This document shows positions 1 to 10,690 of a DNA stretch of 30,753 nucleotides, one piece after another. How positions within the stretch are numbered: position 1 is the first letter of the stretch; each line of letters opens with the position of its first letter. A program made the translations under genes and the position numbers. Source of the stretch: Moniliella sp. 'wahieum'. Taxonomy: Eukaryota. Under the pieces are notes generated by a model, which worked only from the letters and a program-made list of their open reading frames with translations, was not told where the DNA came from and did no database searches. The stretch covers positions 372,001-402,753 of the forward strand of contig RSEE01000063.1 in the NCBI GenBank assembly GCA_003971905.1, in the 5' to 3' direction.

Positions 1-411
1 TTTGGCTCGCATCATGCCTATCGACTCGGCATATGACATGCGAGGCCTGGAGCTACCGCGCGCGTCCGCCCGACGCATGACTTACATTCCGGCTTCGCAG
101 ATCCACACCATCTTTGGCCCGCTTAACGTCCAGCACAATTGCGTGAAGGCCAAAAAGTGCCGGGTTGTCCCCAACAGCATTACGGATACAACCACTGGCT
201 TGACGTCCGATGGGCTCCAGCACAACTTGTCTGCGACGTCGGCGGTACAGCGCTACTTGCTCAACCACTTTGTCAACTCTGTCTCTCTCCCCACACCGAT
301 ATTCTGCGACTTGGGGACTTGGCTTTTGCCCAGGACTGGGCGGTCGAGGGTGAGAATGTCCCTTCTGCCGACGATGTATTGGAGGCAGTACAATCCGTAA
401 TGAACCTTTAG
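1..411 (+). CDS. C-terminal fragment of a putative transposon-encoded protein (probable frameshift near 290)
   Basis: IFGPLNVQHNCVKAKKC...LQHN...RYLLNHF resembles the NVQH(N/D)C..C / H..Y.LN motif I recall from basidiomycete transposon-derived ORFs. It probably continues in another frame (..DILRLGDLAFAQDW..VMNL*) to 411. Confidence 0.45.
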
Positions 412-661
412 ATCCTTCCCGAATGGCCATAATGATGGTAGTCACCACTGTTGATGTATACTCTACACCATCAGTCTATCAGTTTTTAGCGACTTGGCTG
501 AAAGCGGACACAGCACGTGTGGCTGCCAAAGATTGCCAAATTGTGCGAGAGTCTTAGGCTCCAATGGTGCAACGGCCAATTCCTACTATTGGCTGGAGAA
601 ACCTCAGGTTCAATTCGTGGGTGGGCCATCTTTTTTAAGATGGCTCGAGGCTGGCCGCCGT

Positions 662-849
662 TCACAATATTGTGATTAGAATAGCGGGCAAGGTTGTGAC
701 GAACTTTATAGGCAGCAATCTAGGGACAACCTCGCTGGGCGGCCTTGCCGCAGTGTGGTCCAAGAGGTTGGGGCTAGCTGTGTTGGCGAGGCTGTGACAA
801 GGTTGTGCCCCTCTAAAGACAAGCTTGTGGTGTGGCCGGCAAGGTTCTG
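662..849. repeat. Subterminal repeat cluster GRCRAGGTTGTG plus palindrome TCACAATATTGTGA
   Basis: Copies at 687-700, 725-735 (inverted), 785-798, 796-807, 818-829 and 838-849. Perfect 14-bp palindrome at 662-675. Confidence 0.75.
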
Positions 850-945
850 GGCTAGAAATTTCGATTAGCTATGTATGCATCCAAGCTGGCGTGTGCATCC
901 ATGCTCACCGGTGCACAAAAAATCTCATGTAGATAGCACGTAAGG

Positions 946-1556
946 CTAGAGCCACTTGGTTTCGGGGTCAGCTAAGAACTGATCATAGAGCTCACGGTTA
1001 AAGAGGCTGACCTCCGATTCGTTCTCTGCGGTCACCATGTCAGCAAGCTGCATCGAAATAGCGAGACGAGACGTACCAAGGCCATATTCGGCAAGAGACT
1101 TGTCTGGATCAACCAGGATATACTCGGGATGATCGAGGTTGATGATAAGATTGGTTGTCTTAGCGCCATGAGCTTTAGAGTAGAGCTTGAGCGTGTCTGG
1201 GGGGGGGGGGGCCAGAGGGGGGAAGACAGGTCAGCCCAACTGGCCGGAAAGTAGATTGCAACACAATGGCACGACATACCTAGCGAGTCAATCGCAGAGC
1301 GGAAAGGCTTGAATCCAGACACAGTGCGCACCTGCTCTTTGCACAGATCGATGAGGGCGGCAGCCGTTTGTGTTGGGTCCACGTCGCGCAAAACCAGAGG
1401 TTTCATGGTGCGATACTCAAAGTTCTTGATGACGCGCACAGTGATGGTCGCATCAGTGGTAGGACGAGCCAGATTGGTGACACCAGTCTCGTCTTCCAGA
1501 ACGGGCCTGAATGGGTGGAAGCCGCCGGGCAGCAGCTCGTCGGACGGTGCGGCCAT
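946..1556 (-). CDS. AIM29: UPF0538/DUF2340 (C2orf76-like) protein, 3 exons (1556-1280, 1196-1077, 1025-946)
   Basis: Spliced product ..ATITVRVIKNFEYRTMK..DTLKLYSKAHGAKTTNLIINLDH..ENESEVSLFNRELYDQFLADPETKWL*. GT..AG introns 1197-1279 and 1026-1076 keep the frame. Confidence 0.9.
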
Positions 1557-1990
1557 GGGTGCGCAGAGGTAGTTCGGGGACGGTAGGCAATGGATGGTGC
1601 TGGCGCGCTCAGCAAGACGGGAGGGGCGGAACGGAAAAATAGTGTGGGGGCGGAATCCTAATTTCGCTGTGGGGCTCAACTAGTCACTAGCGCTCACTAG
1701 GGGCTCACTTCGACAGGAGGTACCGCCTGTTGAACTTGACGTCCATGCCCACGACTCCCGCCATCTATCCTGCATCACTACCGTGCTATGCCACTTGCTG
1801 TACGAGACATCGGTCACCCCCCCTACCAGTCTCGGTCTTGTTAATCTGCCTGGCCGTCACATCTGCTGCATCAGTGACAATTGCATTTGTGCGGCGACCC
1901 ATGACGTCGCGCCCGTTGACCTGTTGCATTGCCGTCTCTGCAGCCAGCTTACGGCGCCTTCGAAGACGAAATTGAGGTTGATAGTCCGTT

Positions 1991-3657
1991 TCAGATCTGG
2001 ATCTGAGCCCCAATGGGGATGTGGTCCGAGCAGCAAACCCCTTTACGAGGAAGCCCAACTTGAAGCACCTCCTTGGGGTGCGTGGGCAGCAGCGCCGTCA
2101 CAGCAGGGTAGACGGCCTCGCTTCCCTGCAGGGAAGGGAAGAGGAAGATGTAGTCGAGTGTTAAACTGAACAAAGGGGAAAAAGAGTAAACATGGGCTCC
2201 TTGCAAGGCCCTTCATGCGGGTTCGGGGTATCCGGTGTCCATTCTTCGTCGTTCCATCGCTCTTTGCGAGGGCCCGGCGTACCAAACATGTTATCCGAAT
2301 CGGGGTTGAAGGTCCCATACGTGGAAAGTGCCCGGCCTTGAGAATGAGGAAGGTGATACAGCTCCGCCATTTCAGACATAGTCAGTAGACCGTCAGCGGG
2401 AGTGGGTAGGCGACAGTTCTTGAGGAGACGGTCGTCGCTACTGCCCTCACCTTCCCCTTGCTCCTCATCGCCACCATCTTCTTGCTCGGTATCAGCATCA
2501 GCATCAGTACATTCGCCATTACCCTCTGCCGATCGTTTAGCCAACTCGTCGACCGATTGGTGCACCACGGTGGATCGTGTGACCTCCTCTACTCCCGTCG
2601 GCGTAGGCTTCTTCCCGTCAACAGCGCATACGTCATGGAGTCCGGTTGATCATTAAAATCGCCAGCAAAGATGACGGGCCAATCATGGAAGAGGGATTGC
2701 TTTTGCGGAAAGCATCAATCTCCCGCACAATCGCCCCGACCTGCCGAGCACGCTCGTACCCATGCATCGGATGCCAAAAGAGATGGGTAGTGACGACAAT
2801 CACGCCCCCTCCTCCCACTAGCGGCAGAGCGGCGAAAAGAGCAATGTTGCGCGTGATCCGGGAGCAGGCGCGGCGTGCAGCACGTGTGGTACGCCCCCCA
2901 TCGTTGTTGAGGTACTGTGCCACATCCACCTCGTCTAGATAGACAACCTTCTGGGCAGCCGGTTTAGTCTCAAACGAGGGTCCCACATTCTTTTCATCAT
3001 CAGAAAGTCGGCGCGGATGGGTACGCCAAGCGATCATCAGACCGTGTTGCTTGGCTGCGTAGCCCTTTTCGAACAAATAAGAGTATCCGGCCTTGTCGAG
3101 GGTGGCGAAGTGGATGTCGGTACGGTCGACTTCTTGGAAGGCACCGACATCGAACAGATGGCCGACCAGTTCTGCCTCGAGTCCAGCCTCTCTATCTGCC
3201 ATCCGAAGCGCGTCGGATCCAGGAAACAGCGAGCGACGAACGAGGCCTTGGGCGAGCATGCTGTCCGCGCCAAACCACAAAAAATGAGTTAGTCGACTGT
3301 GTGGGTGATTTGCTAAATGCGAAAGACTTACTTCCAACTGAGGATGCGCAGTGGACGGCCAGGCACGGGCGAGGGTGAGGTGCTAGACGCAGACGCGGGC
3401 GCAGCGAATGAGAGCGGTTTCCACGGACGGGGGAGGTACAGGCGTGCTCCCGATTTCGCATCACGCGAAAGAAGCTCGCCTCCATCGTCAGGCAATTCGC
3501 CGAGGGCAGCGCGACGCAATCGGGCGGCGGCAGCGTCAGCGGCTTGGGCTTCTGCCGCACGTTTCGCAGCGCGCGCCTGCCGCTTCGCCTCAATCTCTTC
3601 GGGTGACGGCCGAGATGTAGGCTTTGATTGCTTCGGTGGCTTGGCGGGGGCGGTCAT
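1991..3657 (-). CDS. Ngl/Angel-type EEP (CCR4/nocturnin family) RNA nuclease/phosphatase; intron 3261-3331; frameshifts near 2688 and 2180
   Basis: EEP motifs LRILSWN|MLAQ, FQEVD, TTHLFWHP, VIFAGDFND, TLDYIF and SDHIPI appear in the canonical order. Confidence 0.88.
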
Positions 3658-4326
3658 GGTGTAGAGAGAACGGGCAGAGCAAAGGAAACGGGAAAGAGAG
3701 AGAGCACGGGTACGGCCCCAAACAGTCGAGGTGAGGATGGTGATGGTGGTCGCTGCGGTTAAAAATGAGATGTCAAGACACCGAGGCGGCCTTCTGATGG
3801 TCCATGGCAGATAGCGTGAGTCACTCTAGTCATTCTAGTTAGTCATCGATCGTCATCGATCATGTATTAGTCGTCACGTGACGCGTCGCGCTGGCGTGGC
3901 CCCTGGAATCTTTCTGGTTTCTGATTTCGGATTGCCTTGCACCGACTTCGAGATCCCCTTGCCATAATCAATTTCATTCGTCTCGTGCAGAGGAAGCCAG
4001 ATGCACACTGCCATATGCATTCCCAGGTCCCTACATAGCCACACACAGCAGAAGTTTCCACACCTGCCCCCGTTCCAGTGTCAGTTTTGGTGTCTGCCGT
4101 GCACCTATAAGTGTGAATCCTCGACCATGACTAGTGACTAGTAACTGCCCGAGTGTGAAAGTCATCGCGTGTGCACGGGTGAGAAAGGGCCATGTGAGAC
4201 GAGGGAAGATTAGATTGCCAGCAACTCAGGTTCTCATCGACACAGGAGATGGCCACAAGGGAATACTCCCACAAACTTTATGTCGTTTGATTGTCGTCTC
4301 GTCTGGAGACAGGAAGCGTGGCCTAA

Positions 4327-5476
4327 TTAGGCCTTTCCAATCTTCTTCATCTCTGCGAGCATCAGCTCCCCGATCTGGGCCGGCGAGTCGGCAACGATGG
4401 CACCAGCTTTGGTCAGGGCAGCGACCTTAGCTTGGGCAGTACCCTTGCCGCCCGAGATGATCGCTCCAGCATGGCCCATTCGGCGGCCGGGAGGGCAGTG
4501 CGGCCAGCAATAAAGGCAACCACCGGTTTGGGAACCTTCCGCGTCTTATTGTACTGCTCCAGGTACTCCGATGCATCTTCTTCCATCGTGCCCCCAATCT
4601 CGCCAATCAGCACAATACCCTCCGTTTCAGGGTCATGGACAAGCAGTTTGACCAGGTCCAGCGACGTCGAGCCAGGGTACGGGTCGCCACCCATGCCCAC
4701 CACAATGCTCTGGCCCAGACCCACATTGGTGGTCTGGTTCACCGCCTCGTACGTCAAGGTGCCGGAGCGTGAGGCGATTCCGATCGTGCCCGGGGTGTGA
4801 ATGTGACCGGGCATGATACCAATCTTGCATCCGGCGGGGTTGATCACACCAGGGCAGTTGGGACCAACGAGACGCGACTTGCTTTGGGAGCGAAGCGCAT
4901 GCGCAATCCGAATCTCGTCCCGCTGAGGAATCCCCTCGGTAATGGCAACAATGAGAGGGATCTCGTTCTCAATTGCATCCAACACTGCGGCTGCAGCCGC
5001 TGCAGGTGGAACATAGACCGCCGTCGCATCCGGCTTGGTTGCCGCCACAGCCTCACGGACCGTCCCGAACACAGGAAGGCCAAGATGTGTCGTCCCAGCC
5101 TTCTTGGGGTGCACACCACCAACGAGTTTCGTGCCGTAGTCCAGGGACTGTTTGAATGGAAGGTGGCCTGGAAAAAAGGGAGGGTAAAAGGGTCAGGGAT
5201 CACAGGTGCGCCATGAAGTTCCATGACAAGCCAGGCTAAGGATCTTAGCCAAGACGGCACGGCAAGAAAGGGAATGATAGGGACGTACCGTCTTACCAGT
5301 AAAGCCCTGGGTAAGAACCTTGGAGTCCTTGGTGACCTTGATGTTGGGGATGGTGTCCTCATACGAGGCACGGACCGCCGTCTGGGCAAATCGCGCACTT
5401 GGACCGAAGCCGCCCGGGTGAGAGGCGTGGCGCGGCCCGCAGTCGCTTTGGCAGTGACAGAGGGAGCAGCAAGCAT
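4327..5476 (-). CDS. LSC1: Mitochondrial succinyl-CoA ligase alpha subunit; intron 5168-5288; frameshifts near 5388, 5154 and 4492
   Basis: [55 protein letters not shown] and the phospho-His loop RRMGHAGAI. The Ala/Arg-rich N-terminus resembles a presequence. Confidence 0.95.
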
Positions 5477-5950
5477 AGCGAAAGCACCAGCGAAAGTGAT
5501 AGGGAAACAGGAAGTACGGCCAAAGAGGATGGGTTGCGGGAAGGAGGCGGAGGTGTGGCTCCTATAAATGCAGCTGGGCCGCAGACGGTGGGTGGGCTGA
5601 GATTATAAGGGAGATATATGATCGTTGCTGATGCGGCGCCGGCACCGGCACCCGTACCAGCACGAGCGCGCGAGCACACATCATCCAGCATATCAGCAAC
5701 CGCATCAGCACCAGCACGACCCGACGGAAGGGTGAACCGACTGGTGGGTGGTGGGTGGGTGGGGGGCGAGGCGGGCAAGGCGACGCGGACGAGGCGGCAC
5801 AGGAAGTATAATCCGACAAGCAACGCGGCGCAAGCCAGACCGGGCTCGGCAATGGGGCACTCACTGATGGGGCTCGTCGACATGGCCCATCGATCCTGGA
5901 TCATTGATCGCTCAGCCGCTCATTAACATTCACCAATCGACCAAGCCGCA

Positions 5951-5971
5951 TCACGCGTCACGCGTCACGCG
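5951..5971. promoter_or_regulatory. (TCACGCG)x3 containing tandem ACGCGT (MCB-like) sites
   Basis: Direct read. The same repeat recurs at 29776-29793. Function is inferred only. Confidence 0.4.
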
Positions 5972-7382
5972 CCCCCGCCTGGCCGGGCGCCCTGGACAGC
6001 GTGGCCGCATTAGGGTTAACAGGTGACGGAGGGCGGGGTATGTGCACGGGCCACACAGCTACTGCCCCCAAGCCCAGCGCCTCGTCTCCCCACTCGGGAG
6101 AGGGAGGAGGCATCTGTCGGCCCCGCGCTTGTGGCGGCGGCGGCAGCTGGAAGACCCTGGACCAGGCAGACTTCTTCAAGCGGAGGCGGAGGGTGCCGGC
6201 TGCACCCGCATCAATCTTACCCATTGCGAGAGGCAGGCGGGGCGAGGGCGCAAGAAGGGGGCGTTTCCGTAGCCGCTGGTCTCATGCACTCACGCATCAT
6301 GTTGCCTCATTAACTCATTGATCATGTCGGTGATCATCGATCATCGATCATACGTCACCGATCGTTGATTATCATATTCAACAATCACCGATCCCCGATC
6401 CTCGATCGTCGCTCTGTTCAACATTTATATCCTCCCTGGGAGTTGGGCTGGGCGCTGGCTGCGCGTCCTGGACCCTCCCGGACCTCCGCCCAACGTCAGC
6501 AGGGATTATCACGACCATCCCGACGGGAATGGCCGTCGATGATCGGTGGTTGATTCGCTGAGCGCTGATGCATTGGGGCCTGGGGCCTGGGGGAGCAGAG
6601 CTTGAACATTGTTCAACGTTCAAGCTTCAAGCTTCAAGCTTCATGGAGAGGAATCAAAATAGGTGGCCAAATCGTTTTCAGATGCCAATATGTGAGTGAG
6701 GTGGAATGAAACGGTTGGATGAGTAACCCTTTCGGAAGTAACCTGGTGAACTCACAATGAGATATGAGAACAGCGTAACATTCCTATTGACATCCATGCC
6801 CTCTCGGAAGAGGTCCCAAGGCCGGAAGATACTACACTAAGAACCCGTTTGTGGCATGATGCTGATGCATGAAGAGCTTGAAGCTCTTGAAGCTGAAGAT
6901 TGAAGGGCTTCTCCAATCGCGGCTCTCGTCCTCTGTCTCATGTGGTACTGCAGCTCATTAATCGATAGTTACTAGTTACTAGTCCCGGACCCGTTTCGTA
7001 CCATCACACAGTCATCAGCCCCCCAAAGCTCCACGGCGCGCTCCGTTGTACAGCGGAACTTTTTTGCATCTTGATGTGTGACGTGTGGGACCGCAGTGAG
7101 ATTGAGAGGCCGGTGAGAATCTGAGAAAGCTCTGAGAATGTAGAAGTCTCTATAGCTCGAAGGACGTAATACTGAACCACCAGCCGACACCTGCGAAACT
7201 CCTTCGCATCTTCTCTGTCGGCTCCCGCGAGCTTACTGGCAATACACATCGGCAGTGCATGAGATTTTGGAATCGTCTCTGGCGCCATCCCACGGTCACG
7301 TGACCCTACCGCCTGCCGGTGGAACGGCAATTAATTACTTACCCCACACGCCACCATCCATGCGTGCCTCTCCTTGACTCAG

Positions 7383-8081
7383 ATGCTCTTACGCGTTACG
7401 CTCCATCGCATCATGCCCTCTCGATCGCATTTGACAGCTTCATCCTCGTTGCCATTGATCTTCGATCTCCCATCTCGTCCTGGCGGCTGATATTCTCATC
7501 TGGATAAACAGAGCTGATCGTCTCCAACGTCGCCGCCGAGGCTGAGGCGCTGAGGCCTGAGGGCGTCGAAGAGACGCGTCCTGTGGTAAACCTGTGTGAG
7601 TTTTGTGTGAGTTTTATGACACACTTGGCATCGCGAGTACATCCCAAGTATATCATACGTGTAATATACACATAGCATACGCACCGTATTTCCTCAATCA
7701 AACTACGGTTTCCCTCCAGGTGACTCAACCTACCCCACAGAAGCTGCTCCCCGAGAACGACGCGGGAGAGGCAAAAAGCGTAATACATGATGCTGGCTGC
7801 CACAGTCAGCACAAACCCAAATTAAGCATTTTCTTCATTTATCTCTACACTGTAACCATGTCATTCATAGAGCTTAAGACTATCAAGCGACGAAGAAACG
7901 CTGCGCCTAAACCGACCCTGTAACAGTCGGGGCTAAACGAGGGAGACCAAGGTCCTGTCAGAGGCGGGGGGAAAGGCAAGATCGTTCGTGGGAGGAACAG
8001 AAGGCATCAGGCAGAGAACAGCAAAAGGGAAGGGAAGAGCGAGAGACACAGGATGCGGAATTGGAAATTGGAGCGAGCTTA
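7383..8081 (+). pseudogene. Possible multi-exon hypothetical gene or relic encoding a basic, charged peptide
   Basis: Acceptor-like sites (..aaacag ~7511, ..ctccag ~7719, ..tcatag 7870) precede peptide-like segments ELIVSNVAAEAEALRPEG, RERRGRGKK and ELKTIKRRRNAAPK. There is an in-frame stop at 7921 and no recognised family. Confidence 0.2.
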
Positions 8082-8130
8082 GTCATTCGGTGACAGACCC
8101 GTTCATCCGGCGTGGTTTGCTTGTTTAGTG

Positions 8131-9879
8131 TCAACCCCGTTTAGGAAACCAGGGGAATCGCCGGTAGATCAGGTCCCTCTGTGGTGCCCACCATCTGTTT
8201 CCATAACTCGAGTCGTGTGGATACGGATGGACGTGGAAGACATCCAACCGCCGGTGAACGTTGAACCATATCCATTGTGTGAGACTCAGTAGGTAATAAA
8301 TGTTTCCAGCACCCAAACATTTTGTTCGCCGTCTTGGTGGCATAGTATCCACGCGTCGTCAGAGCCAAACTAAGGGAAGAAGGGTTATTGGGTTCGTCCC
8401 TGGTACTTGGCCTTCTTGTCGCATTCTGCTTGTTCCAACACCGAAGCAACTCCTTCTCCCGGTGTTCCAAAGGTGTCGCGGTACTCTGTGCACCACCCTC
8501 CCGTTAATGATGGATTAGAGCAGTGTAAAGATGAGATATGTGTTCGTGTAGACGTGAAATATCGACGGAACCAGTAGTGTAGGAGGACATGACCATGTCG
8601 AAAAGAGAGGCCGTTTCCACTGTTCTGGTATTTTGGCTCAAGACGTTGGAAATATGATACGGTTGAATGAGGGACGGCCACTACTGATAAAAAGCATGAG
8701 TCAGACTAGCCCCCACAGCCACGGTGTGGAGACTGTGGCCCAGCCCTCTTCCCGCCTCATAATAACGAGGCAGTTCCACAGCCCAGTGTAGGGCCCTGCA
8801 GTGCGAAGCATGACCGCCTTGGGGGCAGGCGGAGTAGCCACTCCTTCCACCTATACTGCCCGGGCGGAGCGGGGGTGCCTCCCTCCACGCCCGTGGTAAG
8901 GTCAAACTCAGTTTCGCTTCCGCTTTCGTCCCCTTCGATGCGATGCATCTGAAGGGACTCTTATTCTGGGTCCGGGGCCCCCTGACTCGCCAATGATATA
9001 CTATCGCGGTCTCCAAGGGCGCGATGATAGCCTAAAGAAATAAGGTGTCGACACGGGCACGAAAAACGAGAAAAGAAACACATGCATCGCCCACGCGGAC
9101 GCTTCCCCGGGCAACGTCCAGAGGAGATAGGGCCGTTTGACTTCCTTCTCGGTTAGTAGCAGTTTTAGGCTCTTCCATGGAGTACGAAGATGCAAGGCAT
9201 GAGTGGAGAGATAGGCGCTGGTGATCACTTGTCAGTCTCAGCGGCTGTGTTGAAGGGGAGAGGGGGTGACGTACCGCGTCACGACAATACGATTGGGAGC
9301 AAGGCCAAGTTGAAAACGGCCACGCTCACGGTAGTAAGAAACGGAAGAGATGAATCAACAACATGAGCTCATGCCATATCGTTCCATTTCCTTTTGGATC
9401 TTCATTTTCATGGACGTCGACTACACATGAATAGGACCCGATCTCGTGAACCATTGGGAATCTCTCTTCTCCAGACACGGAATAGGGCCAGAGGGTCTCG
9501 TTGATTCGGGATGCTGTCAACATGGAACTGACTGGGGCGGTGCCATTTGAATCAAACAACACATGGTTGTATATTGGAGGGAGTGTAGTGACTAGGATGG
9601 CGTCAAGCTCAGGTGGGGTGATGTTCGTGGTGAGGTTGGTGAAGTTACTCGGCATTGTAGTTAGGGAGCCGAAAGCGGCGTGAAGATCAGCAAGATGTCG
9701 CTTGAGCAAAGGGTGTGCGACTATAATTTCCACAAGAGGCCAAAGAGTAAGGCGCACAGTGTCCACAACCGCACCCCGCGTACCTCGGAGAGGGTCTGAG
9801 CTGCGGCCTTTGCAAGCAGGCAGTCACCCAAACTAGAGGGTCTCTCCCTCGCCTCTACACCCGCTCGGTTCAACCACAT
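8131..9879 (-). CDS. Hypothetical secreted glycoprotein, multi-exon and frameshifted; 3' end uncertain
   Basis: A one-base repair near 9734 gives RLWTLCALLFGLFVEIIVA-HPLLKR, followed by six N-X-T sequons. A canonical intron gtacgt..ctgac..cag (~9218-9274) joins ..NRIVVTR|AYLSTH.. in frame. Confidence 0.4.
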
Positions 9880-9991
9880 GATCTGAAGCAGGGCCTAAAG
9901 TACGTATGGCTCCGAATGGCTGTCCAAAAGGGTTTATACTCCTAAACTACAGGGGTGGGTCCCACACACCTCATCGGACTTCCCCCATGAC

Positions 9992-10266
9992 ATGCGAGCT
10001 TAGGCTCAGCGTTTCTTTTTGTTGCAGCCTCAAGTTCTCTGTCAATGAAATGGTTACAATACTATAGAGATAAGTGTTGGTGTGATCAGCATCTCGATGC
10101 GCCCTGCAAGCCCCCCTCCCCTCGGGAGCAGCAAACGGTGCCCCCCCCGCAAATGCCAGTACCACCAAATTGCGACCCGCGCACAGATGTGTGGGTTCCA
10201 TTAAGAGATGGAGTAATACCGCAAATGCTGTATTGGACCGAACTCGCTACGGATGCTAGGCTCTAA
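9992..10266 (+). CDS. Candidate small secreted Cys/Pro-rich protein (one frameshift at ~10000; true end uncertain)
   Basis: Adding one T at 10000-10001 gives MRALGSAFLFVAASSSLS fused to ORF 10045-10266 (MKWLQYYRDKCWCDQHLDAPCKPP..NCDP..). Confidence 0.4.
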
Positions 10267-10594
10267 AATAACAAAGGCTTGTCCTACTCGCCCAGTGTGA
10301 AATGGCACCGGCGAAGACGTCTCGCCATAATATAATGGCCACAAAAGATGATACATTATACAGATATGCGTGGATTGGTTCCAAGTCGTTCGCACAACCC
10401 TCACACTCAGTCTGGTTCGTTACCACAAGAATCATAACCGTAATCACCACTTCTGAAACTGTATAGGTCGATGTCCAGATTCATAACTGCTCCGAGAGTA
10501 AAGTGTACAATTCTATGCGTTGCTTGAAGGATTGCCCGGAATTCTGCTGTATTTTTAAGAGTATCTGTCAGGCACTTGAGATTGTTACATTAAC

Positions 10595-10680
10595 GGGCGG
10601 ATAGCTCAGTTGGTAGAGCGCACGCTTTGCATCATTCTTGCAGTTGTGTGAGGTCTGGGGTTCGATTCCCTATTCGTCCA
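10595..10680 (+). tRNA. tRNA-Ala(UGC) with 13-nt intron (10632-10644)
   Basis: Acceptor stem GGGCGGA/TTCGTCC with G3:U70, A-box TAGCTCAGTTGG, anticodon arm CACGC-TTTGCA|T-GTGTG, B-box GGTTCGATTCC and discriminator A. Confidence 0.96.
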
Positions 10681-10685
10681 ATGTC

Positions 10686-10690
10686 TTTTT
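10686..10690 (+). terminator. RNA Pol III T-run terminator
   Basis: TTTTT 5 nt downstream of the tRNA 3' end. Confidence 0.7.

Larger units (their letters stand above)
1..873 (+). mobile_element. 3' end of a putative CACTA/EnSpm-like DNA transposon (truncated at window start)
   Basis: Partial ORF with a transposon-associated-looking motif, followed by about 6 subterminal repeats (consensus GRCRAGGTTGTG, both orientations) and a candidate terminus ..TAGCTATG at 866-873 (CATAGCTA on the - strand). The other end and the TSD are not visible. Confidence 0.5.

Noticed and set aside
662..849. Repeat cluster as a CRISPR-like array
   Set aside because: Repeats are ~12 bp, degenerate, irregularly spaced and in both orientations, in a eukaryotic context with no cas genes.
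983..991. CATAGAG as a possible transposon terminus
   Set aside because: It lies inside the last coding exon of AIM29.
1730..1975. Cys-containing short ORFs between AIM29 and NGL
   Set aside because: No N-terminal signal peptide, no recognisable motif and no splice support.
4327..5476. LSC1 and other frameshifted genes as true pseudogenes or programmed frameshift sites
   Set aside because: Motifs and splice sites are intact, no shared slippery motif was seen, and the same defect affects most long genes, which points to consensus error.
5359..6321. Several overlapping GC-rich ORFs upstream of LSC1
   Set aside because: Low-complexity and open in many frames because of high GC. One overlaps LSC1 out of frame, and none has a motif.
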